Source: Myxococcota bacterium
GTDB taxonomy: Bacteria > Myxococcota_A > UBA9160 > UBA6930
Length of the DNA: 64,000 nt
Assembly (NCBI GenBank): GCA_965223705.1
Contig: OZ245015.1
Coordinates: forward strand, 3,296,001 to 3,360,000
Direction of reading: 5' to 3'
The translations under genes were made by a program, and so were the position numbers. Position 1 is the stretch's first letter, and each line of letters opens with the position of its first letter. The notes beneath the pieces were generated by a model. The model saw only the letters and a program-made list of their open reading frames with translations. It had not been told where the DNA came from and made no database searches. Below, piece by piece: positions 45,996 to 55,011 of this stretch.

Positions 45996-48368
45996 GTGCG
46001 CGCACTCGATCGAAAGCTCCTCCGCGACCTGTGGCGCATGAAGTCGCAGTCGGCGGCCATTGCCGCTGTGATCGGAACGGGCGTCGCGATGTTCACCATG
46101 TATCTGTCGACGTTCGACTCGCTCGCCCGTTCCCAAGCCTCCTACTACGACACGGGGCGGTTCGCGGATGTCTTCGCGGCGTGCAAACGCGCACCCAACT
46201 GGCTTGTCGAGCGGATCGAGGAGATCCCCGACGTTGCGGAAGTCGAGGACCGCGTCGTCGTCGATGTCACCCTCGACGTTCCGGAAGTCGCCGAGCCTGT
46301 TCGGGGGCGACTCCTGTCGATTCCGGAAGTCGATCGCGCCACCCTCAACGACGTCGTTGTCAGGCGGGGCCGCTATATCGCGACCGAGGCCGACGACGAG
46401 GTCCTCATCCACGAGGCTTTCGCCGATGAATTGCGCCTCGAACCAGGGGACCGGATCGCCGCGGTCGTCAACGGTCGAAGGCGGGAGCTCACGATCGCGG
46501 GGGTGGGCCTTTCTCCGGAGTACATCTACGTCATCGGCCCGGGTGACGTCGTTCCAGATCACCGGCGGTTCGGAATCCTGTGGATGGGCCGTCGTGCGCT
46601 CGCCGCAGCGTTCGACATGGAAGGCGGCTTCAACCACGTAAGCCTGCGCCTCGCTGGCGACACGGCGCGGGGCGGGACGGCGGTGGTGGTTGCGGAGCTC
46701 GACCGCTTGCTGAAGAGGTACGGGGGCCTCGGAGCCATCGAACGTCGTCACCAGCAGTCACACTGGTTCATCGAGAACGAGATGCGTGAGCTCAGAACCA
46801 TGGCCTCGATTCTGCCCGCCATCTTTCTCGGGGTCGCGGCCTTCCTACTGAATATCGTGCTGTCGCGAGCCGTTGCGGTCCAGCGCACGCAGATCGCGGC
46901 GCTCAAAGCGGTCGGCTACGACAATCCGACGATTGCGACGCACTACCTCGCGATCGGCCTGCTCGTCGCAGGGCTCGGCACGCTGGCCGGCTGCCTAGCG
47001 GGGATGAGACTCGGCGAAGGACTCACGGGAATCTACGCCCACTACTTTCGCCTGCCGGACTATACCTACGAGGTCGCGCCTCGCATTCTCCTCGCCGCGT
47101 CGGCGATCAGCTTCGTCGCGTCGTCGCTGGGATCCCTCGGAGCTGTTCGGCGCGCGCTCGCGCTCCCCCCCGCGGAAGCGATGAGACCAGAACCTCCCGC
47201 CCGTTTCCGACCGACCTGGCTCGAGGCGCTTGGCCTCGGCTCGGTTTTGGGTGCTTCCGGACGGATGATGCTGCGCAACATCGCTCGTCGGCCGTGGCGC
47301 TTCGCGCTTTCGTCGTTGGGCGTCGCGATGTCGATCGCTTTGCTCGTGTTGGGTGCGTTCTTCATCGATGCCATCGACCATTTGATCTCCGTACAGTTCG
47401 ATTCGGCCCAACGCCAGGATATGACGGTGACGTTCGTGGAGCCGCGTTCCTGGCGTTCTCGCCACGCGCTGGCGAGGTTCCCAGGTGTGACTCGCGTCGA
47501 GCCGTTCCGCAGTGTCCCGGTCGAGCTTCGACACGATCACCGCACGCGACGCGTCGCGATTCTCGGCCTCGCGGAGCATCCGGAGCTCAATCGGGTGATC
47601 GATCGCAAACGCGGACCGGTTGTGCTTCCGGAGGAGGGCCTCGTGTTGTCTTCCGCGCTCGCGTCCCTGCTCGGTGCGGGTCGTGGTAGTACGATCACCG
47701 TCGAGGTCATCGAAGGGGCGCGACCCATCAAACGAGTCGTCGTGTCCGATGTGGTCGACGACTTTCTCGGGCTTTCCGCCTACATGCGATCCGATGCGCT
47801 GGCTTCGTTGATGCGAGAGGACAGCAGCTTCTCCGGTGCATTCCTTTCTGTGGATCCATCCCTCGAGGGTCCGTTGTTCTCGGCACTCAAGCACACCCCG
47901 GACGTCGCAGGCGTTTCCATGAACCGCGCCGCGATCCTCAGTTTCCGGGATACCATTCGGGCCAACATGATGCGAATCATCGTGTTCAATGTGTTGTTTT
48001 CCTCTGTGATCGCGATCGGCGTCGTCTACAACGCCGCGCGAATCTCGCTCTCGGAGCGGTCCCGTGATCTCGCCAGCCTCCGCGTACTGGGATTCTCGAG
48101 CATGGAGATCTCGGTCATTCTGCTGGGCGAACTGGCCGCCGTGACCCTCGTCGCGATCCCGATCGGCATCGTTTGTGGTCGCGGACTCTCGTGGCTGACG
48201 CTCGCGTTGCTCGACAACGAGCTGTACCGCATCCCGCTCATCATCGAACCATCGACCTACGCGGCGTCGGTTCTCGTCATTCTGGTCGCCTCCCTGTTGT
48301 CCGGAATCCTCGTCCAACGGCGCCTGAGACGACTGGACCTCGTGGGTGCCTTGAAAGTCAGCGAATGA
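45996..48368 (+). CDS. ABC transporter permease (FtsX/MacB-like, duplicated)
   Basis: LDRKLLRDL, IAALKAVGY, LASLRVLGF; two periplasmic/TM repeats. Confidence 0.92.
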   Translation: MRALDRKLLRDLWRMKSQSAAIAAVIGTGVAMFTMYLSTFDSLARSQASYYDTGRFADVFAACKRAPNWLVERIEEIPDVAEVEDRVVVDVTLDVPEVAEPVRGRLLSIPEVDRATLNDVVVRRGRYIATEADDEVLIHEAFADELRLEPGDRIAAVVNGRRRELTIAGVGLSPEYIYVIGPGDVVPDHRRFGILWMGRRALAAAFDMEGGFNHVSLRLAGDTARGGTAVVVAELDRLLKRYGGLGAIERRHQQSHWFIENEMRELRTMASILPAIFLGVAAFLLNIVLSRAVAVQRTQIAALKAVGYDNPTIATHYLAIGLLVAGLGTLAGCLAGMRLGEGLTGIYAHYFRLPDYTYEVAPRILLAASAISFVASSLGSLGAVRRALALPPAEAMRPEPPARFRPTWLEALGLGSVLGASGRMMLRNIARRPWRFALSSLGVAMSIALLVLGAFFIDAIDHLISVQFDSAQRQDMTVTFVEPRSWRSRHALARFPGVTRVEPFRSVPVELRHDHRTRRVAILGLAEHPELNRVIDRKRGPVVLPEEGLVLSSALASLLGAGRGSTITVEVIEGARPIKRVVVSDVVDDFLGLSAYMRSDALASLMREDSSFSGAFLSVDPSLEGPLFSALKHTPDVAGVSMNRAAILSFRDTIRANMMRIIVFNVLFSSVIAIGVVYNAARISLSERSRDLASLRVLGFSSMEISVILLGELAAVTLVAIPIGIVCGRGLSWLTLALLDNELYRIPLIIEPSTYAASVLVILVASLLSGILVQRRLRRLDLVGALKVSE

Positions 48369-48378
48369 GGGATCGACG

Positions 48379-49584
48379 ATGAGAAGCGACGGGCGACGAT
48401 GGGTGACGATCGCGTTGGCCCTCAGCGCACTGCTGGCCGTACTCGCCTGGGCATTCTGGCCTCGCGCAGAGAGCGTCGAAGTCGCCGGGGTGGCGAGCGG
48501 CCCGCTCGTCGTGACGCTCGACGAAGAAGGAACGACGCGTGTTCGCGAACGGTTCGTGATCTCGGCGCCCGTCGCCGGGAAGATTCTGCGGGTCGAACTA
48601 TCGACCGGAGACCCCATTGCCGCCGGATCGACCGTTCTCGCGGTCTTTCAACCGAAGGACCCGACGCCGCTCGATCCCAGAACCCGTTCCGAGGTCGGCG
48701 CGGAAGTCCGAGCGCTCGAAGCCGAAGTCGAGCGCGCGAAACACGAACGCGATCGCGCACGTGCAGAGCTCGAGTTTGCGCGGATGAAGTGCCTCCGAGA
48801 TCGCAATCTCGCGGAGAGGGAAGTGTTGTCCGCGGAGAGGCTCGATATCTCCGAACTCGCTGAGGCGAAAGCCGTCGAGGGGCTCGCCGCAGCCGAGCAA
48901 GCGATCGTGAGCGCGAGACACCGTCTCGCCAGTACCCGCGCGCGCCTGCTCAACCTCGGCGATCCGGGGCGCTCGGCGACCGATCCCCTGGAACTCCGCG
49001 CCCCGATCGATGGCGTCGTGCTCCGGAAGATCCAGGAAAGCGAGTCCGTCGTCTCGGCGGGCCAACCGCTGCTGGAGGTCGGCAATCCGAAAGATCTGGA
49101 AATTGTCGCGGACTACCTGTCGCGCGACGCCGTTCGGATTCAGCCCGGTGCGCGGGTGTTCATCGAGCGCTGGGGCGGCGATGAAACACTTGAGGGGCGT
49201 GTTCAACGCGTCGAACCGTCCGGCTTTACGAAAGTCTCAGCCCTGGGCGTCGAAGAGCAACGAGTGAATATCATCATCGATTTGGTGACGCCCTTTTCAC
49301 GAAGACAATCCCTCGCGGACGGATTTCGCGTGGAGACGCGCGTGGTCGTCTCCGAATGTGAGGACGCGATCCACGTCCCGTCGGGAAGTTTGTTCCGTCG
49401 CAGAGACGGCTGGGGCGTTTTTGTTGTCGAAGCCGGACGGGCCAGGCTTCGCAGCGTCGAGATCGGTGCGAGAACCCCGCGCAACGTGGAGATCCTTCGC
49501 GGCGTCGCTCCGGGCGAAACGGTCATCATGCACCCCGGCCAGGCGATCTCCGACGGGGTTCGCGTCACCGCTCTCACCGAGTGA
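48379..49584 (+). CDS. HlyD/MacA-type periplasmic adaptor
   Basis: N-terminal TM, APVAG, coiled coil, APIDGVV, SALGVEEQRV. Confidence 0.92.
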   Translation: MRSDGRRWVTIALALSALLAVLAWAFWPRAESVEVAGVASGPLVVTLDEEGTTRVRERFVISAPVAGKILRVELSTGDPIAAGSTVLAVFQPKDPTPLDPRTRSEVGAEVRALEAEVERAKHERDRARAELEFARMKCLRDRNLAEREVLSAERLDISELAEAKAVEGLAAAEQAIVSARHRLASTRARLLNLGDPGRSATDPLELRAPIDGVVLRKIQESESVVSAGQPLLEVGNPKDLEIVADYLSRDAVRIQPGARVFIERWGGDETLEGRVQRVEPSGFTKVSALGVEEQRVNIIIDLVTPFSRRQSLADGFRVETRVVVSECEDAIHVPSGSLFRRRDGWGVFVVEAGRARLRSVEIGARTPRNVEILRGVAPGETVIMHPGQAISDGVRVTALTE

Positions 49585-49586
49585 TC

Positions 49587-50498
49587 TCACGAACTCGAAA
49601 TCACCTTGGTTCCCGCGTTCCCCGCGAGAATCTCCGCCGCCTCCGCCAGCGCGCCGATGCCCGCCCGGCCTCCCGTCGCATCGACAAAGCGACACGCCGC
49701 TTCGACTTTGGGCGCCATAGAGCCCGCTTCGAAGGTGAGGGCGCGAAGCTCCTGTGGCGTCGCGACGCGGATGGGTTCCGCTGCCGGTTCCGGCCAGTCC
49801 GCGAATACGGCGGGCTGATCCGTCAGAAGCAGCAGCGCGTCCGCGCCGAGACTCGTCGCGAGAAGTGCCGAAGCGAGATCCTTGTCGATGACCGCTTCGA
49901 CGCCCCGAACCGAACCTTCTGACGAGACCGCGACCGGAATCCCGCCGCCTCCCACGCACACCAGAAGGACCTCGGCGGCAACGGCGAGACGTATGGTCGT
50001 CAATTCGAGAATGGCCTTGGGTTCCGGTGACGCAACCACCCTCCGATGCTGGCCGCTCGCGTCCTCGGCGAACCGCCAAGCGCGCGCTGCCGCGAGAGTT
50101 TCCACCTCGCCGGCGCCGTAGATCGGGCCCACCGGCTTGCTCGGTTCGCGGAAAGCGGGATCGGCCGGATCGACCTCAACCTGAGTGAGCAGGGTCGCGA
50201 CCTCGCGGTCCGGCATCGCGGAGCGGAGTTCCTGCTCGAGTAGGTACCCGATCATCCCCTCGCTCTCCGCTCCCAGCACGTCGAGCGGATACGGTGCGAC
50301 CGCGGGGTAGGCCTCGGATTGAAGTGCGAGTAGTCCGACCTGAGGCCCGTTGCCGTGGGTGACCACAACGCGATGTTCTTTCGTGAGCGAAGCGATGGCG
50401 CGCGCTGCTCGGCCGGCGTTTCGTCGCTGGGTCTCTACGTCCGCCGGCTCGCCTCTTCGGATGAGTGCGTTCCCGCCCAGGGCAACGACGACCAGCAT
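49587..50498 (-). CDS. arcC: carbamate kinase
   Basis: ALGGNAL, THGNGPQVG, KPVGP, RRVVASP, EAVIDKD, GSMAPK. Confidence 0.95.
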   Translation of the reverse strand: MLVVVALGGNALIRRGEPADVETQRRNAGRAARAIASLTKEHRVVVTHGNGPQVGLLALQSEAYPAVAPYPLDVLGAESEGMIGYLLEQELRSAMPDREVATLLTQVEVDPADPAFREPSKPVGPIYGAGEVETLAAARAWRFAEDASGQHRRVVASPEPKAILELTTIRLAVAAEVLLVCVGGGGIPVAVSSEGSVRGVEAVIDKDLASALLATSLGADALLLLTDQPAVFADWPEPAAEPIRVATPQELRALTFEAGSMAPKVEAACRFVDATGGRAGIGALAEAAEILAGNAGTKVISSS

Positions 50499-50504
50499 CC
50501 CGCT

Positions 50505-51845
50505 TCACTCGACGCGAAGGTCGCGCAGAAACGCGTCCACGGCTTCGGTGAGACCCGGTCTTGTCGCTTCCTCGAAGCGATAGCGCGCACGCACGACGGG
50601 CCGGTCGATCTTTATGAGTGCACCCAGGTCGATCGGAGTTCCCGCGACCACGACGTCGGCGCCCGAGCCGACAATCGTCTGGCGGAGAGCCTCGAGTTGT
50701 TGCTCGCTGTAGCCCATCGCCGGAAGAACGCATCCGATGTGAGCGTACGCTGCAAAGACTTCAGCGATCTCGGCGGGGGCTGACTCCCGTGGATCGACAA
50801 ACGATGCCGCCCCAGCGTCCACGGCAGCCACATATCCGGCTCCGTACGACATGCCACCGTGGGAAAGCGTGGGCCCGTCTTCCACGACGATGACGCGTCG
50901 CCCCGTGACGAGTTCGGGTCGATCGAGTCCAACCGGAGATCGCGCTCGGATGATTGAAGCCGAAGGGTTGAGGACGCGGACCGCTTCGGTCACGTGCTGT
51001 ACCTCCCGACTCGATGCCGAATCGACCTTGTTGACAAGAACGATATCGGCGCTCCGCAGACAGGTCTCCCCGGGGTGGTGCGAGTCGACGTCGTTTGGGC
51101 GCAGCGCATCGACGAGGGCGATGTGAAGATCGGGTTGAAGGAAAGGGAAGTCGTTGTTTCCCCCGTCCCAGACAATGATGTCCGCTTCCTCCTCCGCCTT
51201 CGCGAGGATCTCTTGATAGTCGACTCCCGCGTAGATCTGCGCGCCCATCTCCAAATACGGCTCGTACTCTTCGCGCTCTTCTACGGTGCAGTGCGCCTCT
51301 TCGAGATCCTTCCGTGTGGCAAAGCGCTGTGCGCGCTGCGCTAGGAGATCGCCGTATGGCATCGGATGCCGAATCGCAGCCGGACGGCGCCCCTTCTCGA
51401 GAAGCCTCTTGGTCAACCAGCGCGAGACTTGCGACTTTCCGCAACCTGTACGCGCCGCGGACACGGCGATCACCGGAACCCGCGCTTCGAGCATCGTGCG
51501 GCGCGGGCCGAGCAACGTGAAATCGGCCCCCGCGGCCAAAGCCCGCGACGCTCGGTGCATCACTTCGACGTGTGGCACGTCGCTGTATGCGAAAACGACT
51601 TCGTCGACTCGCTCGCTTGCGCAAAGCGCCTCGAGTTCGGATTCCTCCACAATGGGGATTCCGTCGGGATAACCCGGCCCCGAGAGTTCCGCGGGGTAAC
51701 GACGCGACGCGATCCCGGGAATCTGGTTTGCGGTAAATGCGATCACGCAAACCGACGGGTCTCCCCGAAAGCAGACATTGAAATTGTGGAAATCGCGCCC
51801 GGCGGCTCCGAGAATCGCCACGCGACGAACCGAGGATTCGGACAC
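50505..51845 (-). CDS. arcE: arginine synthetase-like P-loop protein (cyclic 2,3-diphosphoglycerate synthase/'GTPase' family)
   Basis: GAAGRDFHNFN, RTGCGKSQ, RHPMPYG, EEREEYE, WDGGNND, EDGPT, PAMGY; directly upstream of arcC. Confidence 0.78.
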   Translation of the reverse strand: MSESSVRRVAILGAAGRDFHNFNVCFRGDPSVCVIAFTANQIPGIASRRYPAELSGPGYPDGIPIVEESELEALCASERVDEVVFAYSDVPHVEVMHRASRALAAGADFTLLGPRRTMLEARVPVIAVSAARTGCGKSQVSRWLTKRLLEKGRRPAAIRHPMPYGDLLAQRAQRFATRKDLEEAHCTVEEREEYEPYLEMGAQIYAGVDYQEILAKAEEEADIIVWDGGNNDFPFLQPDLHIALVDALRPNDVDSHHPGETCLRSADIVLVNKVDSASSREVQHVTEAVRVLNPSASIIRARSPVGLDRPELVTGRRVIVVEDGPTLSHGGMSYGAGYVAAVDAGAASFVDPRESAPAEIAEVFAAYAHIGCVLPAMGYSEQQLEALRQTIVGSGADVVVAGTPIDLGALIKIDRPVVRARYRFEEATRPGLTEAVDAFLRDLRVE

Positions 51846-51864
51846 CTTGGACCCCGATCTGCTT

Positions 51865-52311
51865 TTACGCTTCGGTCTTCACCGCGAGGACGGAACAAGG
51901 CGCCAGCCGAATGGTGCGTTCGGCCACGCTGCCCATCACGACGTGCTTGAGGCCCGTCAGGCCGCGGGTGCCCATCACGATGAGATCTGCGGAAGACCGC
52001 GTGGCTTCGTCCGCGATCGTCTCACTCGGCGTTCCCTCCCTCGCGCGTCCGGTCACCTCGACTCCCGCTCCGCTCGCCTCATCGACGATCTGCGAGATCT
52101 TCCCCTCGGCATGCGCTCGAACACCTTCGAGAAAGCCGTCGGGAAGCGCGAAGCCACCACCCATCGGCGTCGCGATCGGTAGCTCGACGTGGTAGCAGTG
52201 CAATAGCTCAATCCGAGCGTCGAACTTGTCCGCGAGCTCCGTGGCGACTCGAAGCGCCTTGTCTGCATCCTCCGAAAAGTCGGTCGGAACGAGGATCGTC
52301 TCAATCTTCAT
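51865..52311 (-). CDS. universal stress protein
   Basis: ILVPTDFS, MGTRG..GSVAE..APCSVL. Confidence 0.92.
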   Translation of the reverse strand: MKIETILVPTDFSEDADKALRVATELADKFDARIELLHCYHVELPIATPMGGGFALPDGFLEGVRAHAEGKISQIVDEASGAGVEVTGRAREGTPSETIADEATRSSADLIVMGTRGLTGLKHVVMGSVAERTIRLAPCSVLAVKTEA

Positions 52312-52380
52312 CGGTTTTTCACGCCTCCCGGTGGCCATGGTGCCACGTCTTGCGAACCTCGGACTGGTCGTCGTGGAAGA

Positions 52381-53214
52381 CTAGGTGTCCACAGACCCAG
52401 TGCGCGGGCGCAAGTAGACGAACCAATACACCAAGGCCACAAGCCCCCCTCCGCCTACCACGTTCCCCAACGTGACGGCGAGGAGATTGCGGATCGCGCC
52501 GCTGGTTGCGATCGAGCTCACGCCGCTCGCCGCGACGATCCCGGGATCGCCCTGGAGTAGGAATGCGATTCCGAAGAAGTACATGTTCGCCACGCTGTGC
52601 TCAAAGCCTAGAGCGACGAATGCCGTGATGGGGAAGAGAATCGCCCAGACCTTGTCCGTTGTGCCGCGCGCTCCAAAGCACAGCCAAACCGCAAGGCAGA
52701 CCAGGGCGTTGCAGAGGATCCCGAGAAAGAAGGCCGGAATCACCTCGAGATTCGCTTTCGCCGCAGCGATCTTGACCGCGGTCGCCCCGACGCCGTAATC
52801 CGCCGACCGCCATGCGCCCGAGACGCAGACGAGCGCGGCGGTCGCCAGCGCGCCCAGCCCGTTTCCGATGTAGCAACCGAACCAGTTGCGGAGCAGTTGC
52901 CTCCCGGTCACGGAGCCGCTTGCCCAGCCCATCACGATCAGATTGTTCCCCGTGAAGAGCTCCGCACCCGCCAGCACGACCAGGACGAGGCCGAGTGAGA
53001 ACGCGATCCCGGCGAGAAGCCGAACCGCGCCGAACCCAATCCCGTCGAACCCGGTCGATGCGACCGTCGAAAACGCTGCCCCGAGGCCGATGAACGCTCC
53101 CGCCAGAACCGCCAACACCAGCAGACTCGATGCGTCGAGCTCCGCCTTCGCCAACCCGGCCGAGCGGACCCGCTCGGCGATCTCTTTCGGAGCGTAGGCA
53201 TCGATATCACTCAT
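52381..53214 (-). CDS. formate/nitrite transporter (FNT) family
   Basis: LAGAFI, AELFTGN, CNALVC, FEHSVANM, GNVVGG. Confidence 0.93.
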   Translation of the reverse strand: MSDIDAYAPKEIAERVRSAGLAKAELDASSLLVLAVLAGAFIGLGAAFSTVASTGFDGIGFGAVRLLAGIAFSLGLVLVVLAGAELFTGNNLIVMGWASGSVTGRQLLRNWFGCYIGNGLGALATAALVCVSGAWRSADYGVGATAVKIAAAKANLEVIPAFFLGILCNALVCLAVWLCFGARGTTDKVWAILFPITAFVALGFEHSVANMYFFGIAFLLQGDPGIVAASGVSSIATSGAIRNLLAVTLGNVVGGGGLVALVYWFVYLRPRTGSVDT

Positions 53215-53252
53215 CGGTGTCGTCCATGGAAGCTTCCGCCGAACGTCCGAGG

Positions 53253-53268
53253 AGCAAATTGCATGCCG
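53253..53268 (-). promoter_or_regulatory. sigma-54 promoter (fnt-usp-arcE-arcC)
   Basis: CGGCAT-GCAAT-TTGCT. Confidence 0.7.
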
Positions 53269-53343
53269 CCGTGGTGTCGCTGTGCCGCTGAGGCGCACCG
53301 CCTCAAGGGTGAGCCGTTTCGTCTCGCAGGCGAGGGGGACCGC

Positions 53344-53359
53344 GGGCACCGCCTTTGCA
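53344..53359 (+). promoter_or_regulatory. sigma-54 promoter (L,D-transpeptidase)
   Basis: GGGCAC-CGCCT-TTGCA. Confidence 0.68.
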
Positions 53360-53378
53360 GACCGCCCGGAGGGTGAAG

Positions 53379-54281
53379 GTGCGCTCGCTAATCTTGAACC
53401 CTGTTCTCGTGGCGGTGCTTTGCACGGTTTGCGCGTCCGCCGCAGAGCGCCTAGAGCCCGGAGCGACGTCGCCGCTCCGGCGAATCGTCGGCCAGAGTCG
53501 TTCTGAGCTCGTTCAACCCGGCGACACCCTTCTCGACATCGCCGTTCGCCACAACGTCGGATTCGAGGCGTTGTCTCGGCTCAATCCCGACGTCGATTCC
53601 TGGGTCCCCGTGCCCGGCACCATCATCGTGATCCCGTCCCGTGTCATCCTTCCCGCCGTCCAGGAGGTCGGGCTTGTGATCAACATTCCGGAAATGCGTT
53701 TGTTCGACTTCACCGTCGAGGGCGAACCGCGAGTCTTCGCGGCCGCTGTCGGAGACGCCGAAGACCCGACCCCTACAGGCACCTTCGAGATCGGCGAGAA
53801 GCGCAAGGATCCCGTGTGGACCGTGCCGAGTTCGATTCGGCGCGAAAAACCGAAACTCCCGGCCGAGGTTCCGCCGGGTCCCGACAACCCGCTCGGCAGC
53901 CGCTGGATGAGGATCGGCGAGACGTCATGCGGAATCCACGGTACGAACCTCCGTTGGTCCATTGGGCGCGCCGCCACACATGGATGCGTTCGCCTCTACG
54001 AAAAGGACGTCAAGCAGCTCTTCGACCGGACGCCAGAGGGGACACCGCTCCAGATCGTCTACCGGCCCTACAAGTGGGGGCGTGACGGCCCGCGGATATT
54101 TTTCGAAGCTCACCCGGACCGGTACGTCCGCGTACCCGACCAGCTCGCGGCGGCGCTCGCCCCGATTCGCGAGCTCGGCCTCCTCAACGATGTCGACGTC
54201 GCAAAAGTTTGGACAGCGATCGAACGGGCCAGTGGGGTTCCAGTCTTCGTCGGTACGCTTCCGAACCCCGAAGCGCCCTAG
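53379..54281 (+). CDS. L,D-transpeptidase (ErfK/YbiS-like) with LysM domain
   Basis: Signal peptide; GDTLLDIA LysM; PPGPDNPLG; IHGT..THGCVRL; start inferred downstream of the promoter. Confidence 0.92.
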   Translation: MRSLILNPVLVAVLCTVCASAAERLEPGATSPLRRIVGQSRSELVQPGDTLLDIAVRHNVGFEALSRLNPDVDSWVPVPGTIIVIPSRVILPAVQEVGLVINIPEMRLFDFTVEGEPRVFAAAVGDAEDPTPTGTFEIGEKRKDPVWTVPSSIRREKPKLPAEVPPGPDNPLGSRWMRIGETSCGIHGTNLRWSIGRAATHGCVRLYEKDVKQLFDRTPEGTPLQIVYRPYKWGRDGPRIFFEAHPDRYVRVPDQLAAALAPIRELGLLNDVDVAKVWTAIERASGVPVFVGTLPNPEAP

Positions 54282-54290
54282 CCTCGTCGG

Positions 54291-54593
54291 CTACTTCGAC
54301 ACGGACTTATCGAAGATCGCCTCGCTCTTCCGCGCCGCGTCGTCGGCCCTGCCCGCTGCCACATCCGCGCGTTGCGCGGAACGCTCTGCAATTCTCTCGG
54401 CTGCCGTTGCGCGCTCCTCGGCTGCGTGCGCCCCCGCCTCAACGGACTCGATCTTGTTGTCCAGCGCATCGAGTCGCTGACTGATCGTGTCGAGCCGTCG
54501 GTTGATCTGATCGGTATCGCCGGTCGTCGCGCATCCCGCTCCAACGATCGCTGCGAGCAATAACGAAACGGTCGTATAGGTGCGTCTCACCAC
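54291..54593 (-). CDS. Lpp/OprI-like alanine-zipper outer-membrane lipoprotein
   Basis: GAG-C lipobox; heptad/Ala-rich coiled coil; ends IFDKSVSK; GAGGAGG SD. Confidence 0.85.
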   Translation of the reverse strand: MVRRTYTTVSLLLAAIVGAGCATTGDTDQINRRLDTISQRLDALDNKIESVEAGAHAAEERATAAERIAERSAQRADVAAGRADDAARKSEAIFDKSVSK

Positions 54594-54609
54594 GGACTTC
54601 CTCCTCTAG

Positions 54610-54915
54610 TCAGTGCGTTCCTCTGCACTCTCCGTGCCAATCCCATCCTTCACGCCCGATGAGAGGAACGAAGCACACGCCACCGAGATCCTCTCTGCGA
54701 AACTCACACTCGTCGATCCGCGGGATCCGCAGCAGAGATTGGCAGAGGCGTCCGCCAACGGAGAGCTGTTCGCGAAGCGACTCGGGCACCCTCGGTCCGC
54801 CGGCCGCGACAACGATGCCGTCGAACGGCGCTTCCTCGGGCCATCCCAGCGTTCCGTCGGCACATCGCACGTGCACGTTCGCGTAGCCCTCGGCTGCACC
54901 TACCGTGCCGGACAA
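54610..54915 (-). pseudogene. pcm: C-terminal remnant of protein-L-isoaspartate O-methyltransferase
   Basis: GYANVHVRCADGTLGWPEEAPFDGIVVAAGGP..LREQL..GGRL..FVPLIG; N-terminal half absent; VIPVG segment deleted. Confidence 0.8.
54624..54639 (-). promoter_or_regulatory. sigma-54 promoter (lpp-like)
   Basis: TGGCAC-GGAGA-GTGCA. Confidence 0.68.
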
Positions 54916-54966
54916 CGCGCCTCAAGCGAGGCGCTTTGTCCCATGGACCGGGTGACTTCCGAACGT

Positions 54967-54982
54967 TGGCCTCGAAACTGCA
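54967..54982 (+). promoter_or_regulatory. sigma-54 promoter (cytochrome c)
   Basis: TGGCCT-CGAAA-CTGCA, GG-N10-GC. Confidence 0.6.
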
Positions 54983-55011
54983 TTTCGAGTCGGCGAACAG
55001 GAGCGATTCGC

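Noticed and set aside
4352..48617. Long antisense/alternate-frame ORFs (e.g. 4352..5884-, 7184..8659+, 10036..11835+, 41148..42557+, 45180..46751-, 46995..48617-)
   Set aside because: They overlap well-supported genes, lack motifs, and are expected from GC-rich codon bias.
52329..52344. Ninth sigma-54 promoter before the usp gene (TGGCAC on the minus strand)
   Set aside because: No GC at the -12 position.
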